DNA of 64,000 nt from NCBI GenBank assembly GCA_020632515.1, contig JACKFK010000004.1, positions 128,068 to 192,067 on the forward strand, given 5' to 3'. Positions 56,524-64,000 of the stretch are shown piece by piece. Positions within the stretch are counted from its first letter, which is position 1. Each line of letters opens with the position of its first letter. This stretch comes from Candidatus Omnitrophota bacterium. Lineage in GTDB: Bacteria > Omnitrophota > Gorgyraeia > Zapsychrales > Zapsychraceae. Both the position numbers and the translations under genes were made by a program. Below the pieces are notes generated by a model. It was not told where the DNA came from, did no database searches, and worked only from the letters and a program-made list of their open reading frames with translations.

Positions 56524-57410
56524 AGAAATCAATTATATTATCGTTGATCATTTTATTATTTACTTTTGTGGTGTTAAGTTTTCTCAGTCGTAATGGGGAA
56601 TATGCCGCCCAGCGAGATTTATGGGGGATTAATTTAAAATTAAAGCAGGCTAGTAAAGATCCCAATAATATGCCGAAAAATGTGTTTAAAGAGATTATGG
56701 ATGATTATGATCAATTTATGATAAAGCATCCTAACTCCAGAATGCGTCCCTACGCGCATCTTATTTCCGGGCGTGTTTATATGCTGCAAAGAAAATTCGA
56801 ACAAGCCAGGCAGGAATTTGAAACAATATTAGAGGAATATCCAAAAGAAACCGCGGCTAATATTCAGGCCTTAGCGGAAATCGGGCGAACTTATTTAAAA
56901 GAAGATAATGGTCCGGCAATTGTGAACACCTATGAAAGAATCTTAGCAAAATATCCTTTAACGGAATTAGGATTAAAGGTGCCGTTATTGAGAGCCGAAT
57001 TTTATCAAAGACAGAACGATGAAACGAAAACCCAGCAAAGTTATCAGAATGCGGCCGATCATTATGAGGAGATTATTAAGCAGAATCCAGATTCTTTGAT
57101 TGAGTACCAGGCTTTAAAGTATTTAGGACAAAGCTCGTTGGTTTTGGAGAATTGGGAAAAAGTGGTGGATTCTTATGGTGAATTATTAATTAAATATCCT
57201 TATCCAAAATATTTAACTGTTTACGAATCGGATAAAATTATTAAAATGATTACCACAATATCTATAACTAAACTTAAGAAATATGATCCAGCAAAGATGA
57301 TTTTTTTGCGGTTTATCGAAAGGCATCCCAAACACCCTTTTAATGAAACTTTTTTTGAAATGATGAAAAGTTTTGAGTTTCTTAAGGAAGAAACGAAAGA
57401 TATAGAATAA
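56520..57410 (+). CDS. Membrane-anchored TPR-repeat protein
   Basis: N-terminal TM helix; repeated 34-aa helical-pair pattern ('A...F..I...YP......A...IG..Y'). Confidence 0.55.
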   Translation: MKKSIILSLIILLFTFVVLSFLSRNGEYAAQRDLWGINLKLKQASKDPNNMPKNVFKEIMDDYDQFMIKHPNSRMRPYAHLISGRVYMLQRKFEQARQEFETILEEYPKETAANIQALAEIGRTYLKEDNGPAIVNTYERILAKYPLTELGLKVPLLRAEFYQRQNDETKTQQSYQNAADHYEEIIKQNPDSLIEYQALKYLGQSSLVLENWEKVVDSYGELLIKYPYPKYLTVYESDKIIKMITTISITKLKKYDPAKMIFLRFIERHPKHPFNETFFEMMKSFEFLKEETKDIE

Positions 57411-57412
57411 TT

Positions 57413-58705
57413 ATGAATGAAGAACAGAAAAAATCTATTACTGAATTTTCACAGGGAGAATTGTTTGAGCGGGTCAATGAAATTTGCGCAGGTGTTAACC
57501 AAGCCTTAGATGAAAAAGAGCTGTTGGAATTTTCCCTTAAGGAAATCATGAGTCTTTACCATGCCAGCCGCGGATCTATTTTTTTATTGGATGAAAAGGG
57601 TGAAAACTTAATTTTAGTATCGTCACAAGGAATGAAAGTGGATGAACAAAACCGAATTACAAAGCGTATGGGCCAGGGAATTGTTGGACAAGTGGCGCAA
57701 AAGAAAGAACCGTTTGTGGTCGATGATATCAGCCAGGATCAAAGGTTTAATAATTTTAAGGCGCGCGGCAGTTACAAAACACCTTCATTTATCTGCGCGC
57801 CGCTGCTTTTTAAAGATACGCTGCTTGGCGTAATTAATATTACGGACAAGACTAATAATACGCGTTTTCGAATTGAAGAATTGCAGATGTTGGATTTTTT
57901 GACTAGTCAAATCGCGCTCAATTATCGTCGGATTGGGTTATATAATAAATTTAAGATGATGGTTCAAGAAACAATGGATTTAAAGGATAAGCTAGGGCAG
58001 ACACATCAGGAAACAAGTAAATTAAAGAAGCAAATTATTAATCAGGAAAAACTCGCGTCCATTGGAAAACTTGCCGGTGGAATTGCGCATGAATTTAATA
58101 ATCCCTTAGATGGCGTAATGCGTTATACTAATTTATGTTTAGAACATACGAAAGAAGACGATGTAGTTCGAGGATATTTGTTGGAAATCAAGCAAGGATT
58201 AAATCGAATGGCCAATATTGTGAAAAATTTACTTGCCTGCTCCCGTAATGAGACTCACAATATGACAGAAAAAGTTTCAGTCAAAGATATTGTTGAGCAT
58301 GTTGTGTATGTAACCCGGTCAGAAATCAATTTAAAAAATATTAGTATCCGACAAGAGATTCAGAATAACATACCGTTAATTCAGGATTTAGGTATCGCAA
58401 GAATCTTAAGTAATCTTTTACGTAATGCTATTGATGCGATGAAAAATGGCGGTGAAATTGTGATCAATGCGCAAAGCGACGGGCAACACTTATATTTAGA
58501 TGTTACAGATACAGGTGAAGGTATGGCCAGTGAGGATATTGAAAAGATTTTTGAACCCTTTTATACTACTAAAGATATTGATAAGGGGTGTGGTTTGGGG
58601 TTAACCGTAGTAAGTGAAATTGTGAAAAGTTATCGTGGAAAGATTTCAGTCATGAGTGAGCCGCGCAAAGGAACGACTTTCTCTATTAATCTTCCAATCC
58701 AATAG
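57413..58705 (+). CDS. Soluble GAF-domain sensor histidine kinase
   Basis: GAF region ('GSIFLLDE', 'GIVGQVA....P..V.D...D.RF', 'LGVINI'). H-box 'GIAHEFNNPL', N-box 'LLRNAIDAM', G1 'DTGEGM', G2 'GCGLGL'. Confidence 0.85.
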   Translation: MNEEQKKSITEFSQGELFERVNEICAGVNQALDEKELLEFSLKEIMSLYHASRGSIFLLDEKGENLILVSSQGMKVDEQNRITKRMGQGIVGQVAQKKEPFVVDDISQDQRFNNFKARGSYKTPSFICAPLLFKDTLLGVINITDKTNNTRFRIEELQMLDFLTSQIALNYRRIGLYNKFKMMVQETMDLKDKLGQTHQETSKLKKQIINQEKLASIGKLAGGIAHEFNNPLDGVMRYTNLCLEHTKEDDVVRGYLLEIKQGLNRMANIVKNLLACSRNETHNMTEKVSVKDIVEHVVYVTRSEINLKNISIRQEIQNNIPLIQDLGIARILSNLLRNAIDAMKNGGEIVINAQSDGQHLYLDVTDTGEGMASEDIEKIFEPFYTTKDIDKGCGLGLTVVSEIVKSYRGKISVMSEPRKGTTFSINLPIQ

Positions 58706-58715
58706 AAGAAAAAGT

Positions 58716-60116
58716 ATGGAAACTAATAAAAATTATCAGATTCTTGTTGTGGATGATGAGCCGTTAATCCGCGAATCTTTGTATGAAATATTACGGATTG
58801 AAGGTTACCGTGTTCAAATGGCGTCGACAGGCGAATCGGCGTTGGAAAAATTGAAAGAAGATAATTTTGATATTATCCTTACAGATTTAAAACTGCCCAA
58901 GATGAGTGGATTGGATCTTTTACGTAAAGTAAAGGAGTATAAATGGGACACGGAATTAATTCTTATTACAGGGTATGGTTCCATTGAATCGGCTGTTGAA
59001 GCGATGAAAGAGGGGGCATACGATTATATAACTAAACCTATTAATGATGGTGAAATTAAGATTATCATGACAAAAATTCTCGAAAAGAGATCCATCATAA
59101 AAGAGAATAAAGATCTCAAAGCCATCATTGCCAAGGAACAACGGCAGTCTTTTTGTGATTTAATCGGCGCTAGTCCATCGATGCAGGATGTTTATAGGGT
59201 CATAGATTCCGTCGCCAGTAGCAACGCGACGATTTTGATTAGTGGTGAAAGTGGTACAGGAAAGTCGATGGTAGCCAAGGCGATTCATCAGAGTGATAAA
59301 AATCGTTGTGGAAATCCTTTTATAGAAGTTAGTTGTGGCGCACTTTCGGAAACGCTTTTGGAAAGTGAACTTTTTGGACACGTGAAGGGTGCGTTTACCG
59401 GAGCAATTAAAGATAAGGAAGGTCGGTTTGAGGCAGCCGGTAACGGAACTGTTTTTCTTGATGAGATTGACGCCTTCTCTCCGAACTTACAGGTGAAATT
59501 GTTGCGTGTTTTACAAGACGGTGTTTATGAACGTGTGGGGGATAATGTCAGTCGAAAAACAAAGGCGAGGATTATTGTGGCCACGAATCAAATTCTAACG
59601 GAGTTAGTGGAAAGTGGCGATTTCCGAGAAGATTTATACTATCGGATCAATGTTATTTCTATTCGCATGCCGTCGTTACGCGAACGTAAAGACGATATTG
59701 AAATGATTACAGAATATTTTGTAAAGAAATATGCTGCGGCCAATAATAAGAACATTACCGGTATCTCTAATGGAGTAAAAGATTTGTTTTTGCAATACAG
59801 CTGGCCTGGGAATATCCGTGAACTTGAAAATGCCATTGAAGGCGCGGTCATTATGTCTAAAGGCGTGGTTATTGAGAAAGATGATTTTCCTAATGCGGAT
59901 CGATTCTTGGCAAATAAACACACAGCAAAGAATGTGAATTCTTCGGAGCAGCCTTTAAAGAAGGTTGTGGAGCAGCCTGAGAAAGAACATATTTTATCTG
60001 TATTGCAGCAGTGCAATTGGAACCGTAATAAAGCCGCGTTGGTGTTAGGTATCAATCGGACAACGTTGTACAATAAAATGAAGAAATACGATATTTTCGA
60101 TAACGAACCACAATAA
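58716..60116 (+). CDS. Sigma-54-dependent (NtrC-family) response regulator / bacterial enhancer-binding protein
   Basis: Receiver 'ILVVDDEP...ILTDLKLPKMSG'. AAA+ domain 'GESGTGKS' Walker A, 'GAFTGA' sigma-54 contact loop, 'FLDEI' Walker B. C-terminal Fis-type HTH 'NRNKAALVLGINRTTLYNKMKKY'. Start moved to ATG 58716. Confidence 0.9.
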   Translation: METNKNYQILVVDDEPLIRESLYEILRIEGYRVQMASTGESALEKLKEDNFDIILTDLKLPKMSGLDLLRKVKEYKWDTELILITGYGSIESAVEAMKEGAYDYITKPINDGEIKIIMTKILEKRSIIKENKDLKAIIAKEQRQSFCDLIGASPSMQDVYRVIDSVASSNATILISGESGTGKSMVAKAIHQSDKNRCGNPFIEVSCGALSETLLESELFGHVKGAFTGAIKDKEGRFEAAGNGTVFLDEIDAFSPNLQVKLLRVLQDGVYERVGDNVSRKTKARIIVATNQILTELVESGDFREDLYYRINVISIRMPSLRERKDDIEMITEYFVKKYAAANNKNITGISNGVKDLFLQYSWPGNIRELENAIEGAVIMSKGVVIEKDDFPNADRFLANKHTAKNVNSSEQPLKKVVEQPEKEHILSVLQQCNWNRNKAALVLGINRTTLYNKMKKYDIFDNEPQ

Positions 60117-60119
60117 CCT

Positions 60120-61145
60120 ATGCACGATTATTCGATTAAAAAAATAGCCTGGCAGATTTTTAATAAAGAAAAATGGTGGGATGTTTTATCTAAATTTATT
60201 TATGTCCTTCGGATGAATATTTTTATTGTGGATAAGTATGGTTATGTCATTCTTCCCCCGGATGAAACGAAATTTGGCGGCCGATTTTATACAGAAAGAA
60301 CTTTGGGCGCGAAACTTTTGCATAATGTTGACGATCCAATCGCGCATTTTACAAAGCATGGTAATTTTTACGAATATGTTGACCGTTTTGATCTTCATGT
60401 TTTTGCTATCCCTGTTATTATCCAACAAGATCAGTTAGTCGCTTATATGATGGTCGGGCCTGTTGCTGTTGCTAAGAAAATGACTAATGAACAATACCGC
60501 GATATGGCAGCTAACGTTGGAGTTGATGCCGATGTTCTGTTGGAATGTATTTATGAAATTCGGACGGTGTCGCACCTTATGATGAATTCAATTCTGGAAT
60601 TGTTAAGTGAAATCATTAAAGATAATATTGAATTGAATAGTAAGATACAGGATTTAGATAAAATGAAAGGCGAAAAAAACGATCCTTTTGTTCAAGAGTT
60701 TAAGGATTTTGCCAAAGACATTTATTCAACGGTACGCTTAGACGAGTTGTTAATTACACTTTTGGATATAGCCTTGTCTATGACTAATACAGAATGCGGA
60801 TCAATTATGGTGATTGACGAGGTTTCCGCGGAAATGTCGATTAAAGCTGCGCGCGGGTTGGATAGTACTGTTATCAGTTCTTCCCGGGTCAAGATCGGGG
60901 AGAGTGTGGCTGGGATCGCTTTTCGCGAGAATAAAGAATTTATTATTAACGGCACACCGATTCACGATGATTTAAGTCCGCATTTATCCCGACCGGAAAT
61001 TCGTAACGCGTTGGTTATGCCGTTGACATCAAAAGATAAAGTTTTTGGCGTTTTGAATTTACACACAAAAACATCCGGCGATACAATACGTGAGAATTTA
61101 GATAACCTTCGCCATCTGACAAAATTATTAGCCTCTGCGTTTTAA
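60120..61145 (+). CDS. PocR-like sensory domain + GAF domain protein (no output domain)
   Basis: N-terminal 'IFIVDKYGYVI....', 'HVFAIPVIIQQDQLVAYMMVGPV' resembles PocR ligand-binding domains. C-terminal 'CGSIMVIDE', 'GESVAGIAFRE', 'VFGVLNL' is GAF-like. Confidence 0.5.
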   Translation: MHDYSIKKIAWQIFNKEKWWDVLSKFIYVLRMNIFIVDKYGYVILPPDETKFGGRFYTERTLGAKLLHNVDDPIAHFTKHGNFYEYVDRFDLHVFAIPVIIQQDQLVAYMMVGPVAVAKKMTNEQYRDMAANVGVDADVLLECIYEIRTVSHLMMNSILELLSEIIKDNIELNSKIQDLDKMKGEKNDPFVQEFKDFAKDIYSTVRLDELLITLLDIALSMTNTECGSIMVIDEVSAEMSIKAARGLDSTVISSSRVKIGESVAGIAFRENKEFIINGTPIHDDLSPHLSRPEIRNALVMPLTSKDKVFGVLNLHTKTSGDTIRENLDNLRHLTKLLASAF

Positions 61146-61166
61146 TAAAAGGAGGTCTGCGTTTTT

Positions 61167-62423
61167 GTGATGAAGAAAATTATTTTTTTCCTTCTTACCT
61201 GTATTGTGACAATTCTCCTGCTGGAAGGTGTTTTATGGATTTTAGCAGTGAGTATTCCGCAAGTTGGCAATATATTATCACGGCAACCGCAATCCAATGA
61301 AATTCCCGCGCAAATTGATGATGATCTTTTAGGGCATCGTCCAAATCCAAATTATCCGGAACATGATCAGCTTGGTTTTCGTAATAAGAGAATTCCAGCG
61401 CGTATTGATATATTGACGTTGGGAGATTCTCAAACCTATGGAACAGGCGTTGCATCACAAGAAACCTGGCCGGCGCAATTAGCGCGAGTATTAAACAAAG
61501 AAGTTTATAATATGGGGTATCCGGGGTATGGTCCGACGCATAGTTTGATTTGGTTGGAAAAAGCCATTGAATTGAAACCCCGCGTTGTGCTGGAAGCATT
61601 TTATGCCGGAAACGATCTCTATGACACCTTTCAGGGGCTTTATAAATATCACCAATTTCCGGAGTTTAAAAATAAAGATTCAAAGGTTGTGAAGATGGTT
61701 GAGGCGCGGGAAGAGCAAAAGGCTTTTAAGAATGAAGTTGATTTGTTGGCTCCGCATCTGGATGAGACAGGCGAAGTGCCGGTGGAGGAAGAAGAAGTTT
61801 ATGTCTCGCCACATGGATTTTTGCGTGAGATGATTGCCGGGTATTCCAAGATTTATGGGGTGATTCGGGCTGCCAAACGGGCCGTGAAGCATTATAAAAA
61901 TCAGCAGAAAGATTTGGCTAATCGCGCGAATTGGGACTTGATTAGGCAGGAAGCCATTGATCGTCCGCAAAAACGGTTGGTGCCAGTTTATGATGATCAG
62001 GTTAAAACTTTGCTCACGCCAGACTATCGTCTGGCACCCCTCAATTTAGATGATCCCCGTGTTCAGGAAGGGCTTCAAGGGTCTCTTTTGGCGTTGAAGC
62101 AGATGCAAACCCGGCTGAATCAGGCAGGGATTGCCTTTCAAGTCGTGTTGATCCCAACAAAGGAATTAGTGTTTAAAGAAAAAGCCTTGCAGGCTAACCA
62201 AACAACAGATTCCATGTTATACTTATTCAGCCTGGAAGAACGTTTCTGGCAGGAGGTTAAAGCTTATCTGACGCAGAATCAGATCCCTTATGTGGACTTA
62301 TTACCGGTTTTGCGTTTACAAACCAACGCAGGGTTTCAATTGTATCCGTTGGATTGGGATGGGCATCCTAACCCTGATGGCTATCGGTTTATGGCCGAAT
62401 ATATAGCCAGTCAAATGCCTTGA
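61167..62423 (+). CDS. Membrane-anchored SGNH/GDSL-like hydrolase; shares architecture with the product of 20712..21755
   Basis: N-terminal TM helix; 'ILTLGDSQTYGTG' block I; C-terminal 'DWDGHPNPDGY' (DxxH-like block V). GTG 61167 or ATG 61170 start. Confidence 0.6.
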   Translation: MMKKIIFFLLTCIVTILLLEGVLWILAVSIPQVGNILSRQPQSNEIPAQIDDDLLGHRPNPNYPEHDQLGFRNKRIPARIDILTLGDSQTYGTGVASQETWPAQLARVLNKEVYNMGYPGYGPTHSLIWLEKAIELKPRVVLEAFYAGNDLYDTFQGLYKYHQFPEFKNKDSKVVKMVEAREEQKAFKNEVDLLAPHLDETGEVPVEEEEVYVSPHGFLREMIAGYSKIYGVIRAAKRAVKHYKNQQKDLANRANWDLIRQEAIDRPQKRLVPVYDDQVKTLLTPDYRLAPLNLDDPRVQEGLQGSLLALKQMQTRLNQAGIAFQVVLIPTKELVFKEKALQANQTTDSMLYLFSLEERFWQEVKAYLTQNQIPYVDLLPVLRLQTNAGFQLYPLDWDGHPNPDGYRFMAEYIASQMP

Positions 62424-62454
62424 ATTTTATAGGTGGTTTAGGATAAAAAAAGAG

Positions 62455-63417
62455 ATGAGACTTGGTAAAAAATGTCAAAAGAGTTTAGGGGAGCGGTATA
62501 TCTTTGTAGGAGGTGTTCCTCGCTCAGGAACGACTCTTGTTCAGAAGATTCTTGATTGTCATCCACAAATCTGCGGCATACCGGAATTTAAGTATACCCA
62601 TCACATTATCCAGCTACGTAATCGAATGCGCCGTTCTGTTGATAATCAAATGATTGATGCGATTTGTTCTGATACGGATGTTGATTGTTATATCCGATCT
62701 TTAATCGATAGTTTTTTTACGCCCATCATTATGAAACATCATGTGAAATATTTAAGTGAAAAAACCCCGTGGAATGTTCTTGTGTTTGAAGAGTTAATGG
62801 AGCTTTATCCTAAAGCTCGATTTATTCATGTCGTGCGAGATCCGCGGGCAGTGATTAATTCCATGATTATGGTGCGAAAGAGGGCGTTAAAGAAAAATCT
62901 TCCTGTACCATATTTTACAAAAACGATTAGTGAATCAATACGGACGACGAGAAAATGTTTAGATGCTGGATTCGATGCCGCTCGAAAATTTCCGGATAGA
63001 GTATTGACAATTTTATATGAACAATTATTAACGGATTTGACAGGAGAAACAAAAAAGATTTGTCAGTTTTTAGCGTTGGATTGGTCTTCGGAAATGATTG
63101 ATTTTAATAAAAGGAATAATTTGGCTGAGCAAAGCATGATGGTCGGCAGCAATGCGGCATATTATAATACGGAAATGTATCACCAAAATCCACTGGCTAA
63201 AGATATTCAAGAATGGAAAGACTTATTATCAGCCAAGGAAAGGGTAGCTATTCAACGGGCTTTTTATAATCATCCAGATTTAAGGAAATTGGGTTATGAA
63301 TTTAATTTAGCGTATTTATCAGGTCTTAGAAAATTTTATGGCCAGAGTGTGTATACAATCGAAGCTTTTCCTCGAGATTTTCTCCGTAGTTTCTTTTCCC
63401 CCGTTAATGCAGGTTAA
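62455..63417 (+). CDS. PAPS-dependent sulfotransferase family protein
   Basis: 5'-PSB loop 'GGVPRSGTTLV', 3'-PB region 'FIHVVRDPRAVINS'; 320 aa. Confidence 0.75.
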   Translation: MRLGKKCQKSLGERYIFVGGVPRSGTTLVQKILDCHPQICGIPEFKYTHHIIQLRNRMRRSVDNQMIDAICSDTDVDCYIRSLIDSFFTPIIMKHHVKYLSEKTPWNVLVFEELMELYPKARFIHVVRDPRAVINSMIMVRKRALKKNLPVPYFTKTISESIRTTRKCLDAGFDAARKFPDRVLTILYEQLLTDLTGETKKICQFLALDWSSEMIDFNKRNNLAEQSMMVGSNAAYYNTEMYHQNPLAKDIQEWKDLLSAKERVAIQRAFYNHPDLRKLGYEFNLAYLSGLRKFYGQSVYTIEAFPRDFLRSFFSPVNAG

Positions 63418-63464
63418 TTATATATATATTTAAATATTTAGTATTTCTCAGTCAAATATTGATA

Positions 63465-63493
63465 TTGACAAGTATCAGGAGTTGTCTTAAAAT
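63465..63493 (+). promoter_or_regulatory. Sigma-70-like promoter P1 (TTGACA-N17-TAAAAT)
   Basis: ATTGACAAGTATcaggagTTGTCTTAAAAT. The 12-mer ATTGACAAGTAT also occurs at 42143-42154. Confidence 0.45.
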
Positions 63494-63577
63494 ATCACAT
63501 TCTCCAAAAAAAATATCTCAAAAAGGAATCTTTTTTCATCGAATTTTTTATCCTGCTAGGGGGTAAGAAGTTATAAA

Positions 63578-63606
63578 TTGACAAATATGGGTTCTTGTCC
63601 TAGAAT
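63578..63606 (+). promoter_or_regulatory. Sigma-70-like promoter P2 (TTGACA-N17-TAGAAT), a near-duplicate of P1
   Basis: ATTGACAAATATgggttcTTGTCCTAGAAT, followed by further TGTCCTAG / TTGTCTCA repeats. Confidence 0.45.
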
Positions 63607-63750
63607 GTACGATTATGTCCTAGTTTGTCTCATTGATAAAAAAAAGACAAAATGGTATACTTGCAATTCGTAGATAGATTTTCATAAGTTGTTTATATCA
63701 ATAAAGATAGGTTTTAATCTAGAATCAATTCAGAAAGAATGGGGGAGAAA

Positions 63751-64000
63751 ATGGGAAGAAATCGAGGTTTGATTGGGACAACGGGTGCAATATTTTTAGT
63801 GTGTATGATGAGCACTCTTAGTTTTGCAGAGTCAAATTGGGATTTTGATATTCAAGGGTCACTTATGGAACAATATGATGATAATATTACAGAAGTTAAT
63901 TCCAATGAAATTGACGATTTTATTACCCGTGCCAATATTGGTTTAGGATTAAATAATGAGGGAAAAACCTATTCTTTGGAATTAGGCGCAAGTATTACGC
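63751..64000 (+). CDS. N-terminal fragment (runs off the right edge) of a secreted protein, probably an outer-membrane beta-barrel
   Basis: SD 'GGGGGAG' at 63741-63747. Signal peptide 'AIFLVCMMSTLSFAES'. Then alternating-polarity strands with 'EQYDDNIT' and 'ANIGLGLNNEGKTYSLELGASIT', typical of EPS-locus beta-barrels. Absent from the ORF track because there is no stop within the window. Confidence 0.5.
   Translation, partial: MGRNRGLIGTTGAIFLVCMMSTLSFAESNWDFDIQGSLMEQYDDNITEVNSNEIDDFITRANIGLGLNNEGKTYSLELGASIT

Noticed and set aside
1145-58715. Long N-terminal extensions offered by the ORF track (starts at 1145, 11942, 14243, 19464, 41225, 52569, 58656).
   Set aside because: The internal ATG starts (1241, 11999, 14261, 19539, 41267, 52590, 58716) fit better. 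They give canonical N-termini or signal peptides, sit behind an SD or at stop-start junctions, and remove overlaps with the upstream genes.
22-60073. Many antisense or alternative-frame ORFs in the track. Examples: 22..219-, 2801..3052-, 5080..5307-, 10485..10793-, 11104..11361-, 12093..12386-, 13349..13779 (several), 14212..14469-, 15078..15431-, 16004..16762-, 17297..17518-, 18712..18903+, 20113..20535+, 25345..25668-, 25882..26091-, 28472..28684-, 32448..32729+, 38325..38612-, 42225..42446+, 44155..44379-, 47120..47329-, 48001..48867+, 59160..60073-, 60186..61970 (several).
   Set aside because: Each lies wholly inside, or opposite, a longer ORF with clear family motifs. None has an SD, and their compositions are biased in the way typical of shadow frames.
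63640-63665. Second sigma-54 promoter candidate 'TGGTATACTTGCA' upstream of the barrel gene.
   Set aside because: The GG-to-GC spacing is 7 nt instead of 10, which is incompatible with the -24/-12 geometry.
63587-63673. 28-aa Cys-containing ORF (MGSCPRMYDYVLVCLIDKKKTKWYTCNS) in the promoter-rich gap.
   Set aside because: Its ATG lies between the -35 and -10 elements of the putative P2 promoter, it has no SD, and it is most likely a chance ORF.
1-64000. Genomic island, prophage or defence-system content.
   Set aside because: I saw no integrase, transposase, recombinase, phage structural, restriction-modification, toxin-antitoxin or reverse-transcriptase signatures in any frame. Composition looks uniform by eye.

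Overview
AT-rich (by eye about 60% A+T) bacterial chromosomal window. It is densely coded and almost entirely on the + strand; only a yqhA-like gene and rpmB are on the - strand. I saw no rRNA, tRNA, CRISPR, transposase, integrase or phage genes. Taxon cannot be assigned from the sequence alone.

The window has three parts.

(1) 1-19.9 kb: a large glycan/exopolysaccharide locus.
- It contains at least 7 glycosyltransferases (GT2 and GT4), a CapK/PaaK-like adenylating enzyme, an SDR::Gfo/Idh/MocA fusion, a DegT aminotransferase and a hexapeptide acetyltransferase.
- It also has a membrane GT2 synthase-like gene followed by a His-rich unknown, and an 866-aa anchored protein of unknown function.
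- It ends in an exosortase plus EpsI pair.
- A 314-bp regulatory gap then carries a perfect sigma-54 -24/-12 promoter and an upstream 11-bp inverted repeat.
- That promoter drives two unusual genes. One is a phosphoglycosyl transferase whose N-terminus is a complete PEP-CTERM cassette (signal peptide, linker, PEP motif, TM helix, basic cluster). The other is an 89-aa glycine-rich protein with both a lipobox and a PEP-CTERM signal.

(2) 20-54 kb: mostly housekeeping genes. These are trpBA, an M16 peptidase, rsfS, argS, recJ, rpmB, pepF, a Nudix hydrolase, fbaB, gpmA, hflKC, prmA, arfB, moaC, apbE, glgP, thyA and folA.
- Unknown secreted or membrane proteins are interspersed, including two GT-C-like proteins and an SGNH / DUF3108-like / Zn-ribbon-M48 protease operon.
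- A family of short dispersed intergenic repeats also occurs here (8-mer CAAAGTCA arrays and a TGATATYTGAAGGCTGA box). One copy is a 210-bp inverted-repeat element upstream of moaC.

(3) 54.3-64 kb: a signalling and modification block.
- It starts with a receiver-EAL gene.
- A tightly packed operon follows: membrane protein, TPR, GAF histidine kinase, sigma-54 (NtrC-type) response regulator, PocR/GAF protein, SGNH hydrolase, sulfotransferase.
- A promoter-rich gap follows, then the start of a probable outer-membrane beta-barrel protein.

The most interesting hypothesis is that parts 1 and 3 form one exosortase/PEP-CTERM system: a PrsK/PrsR-like two-component pair acting on the sigma-54 promoter, and an exosortase whose only local substrates are the initiating sugar transferase itself and a tiny lipidated Gly-rich peptide.
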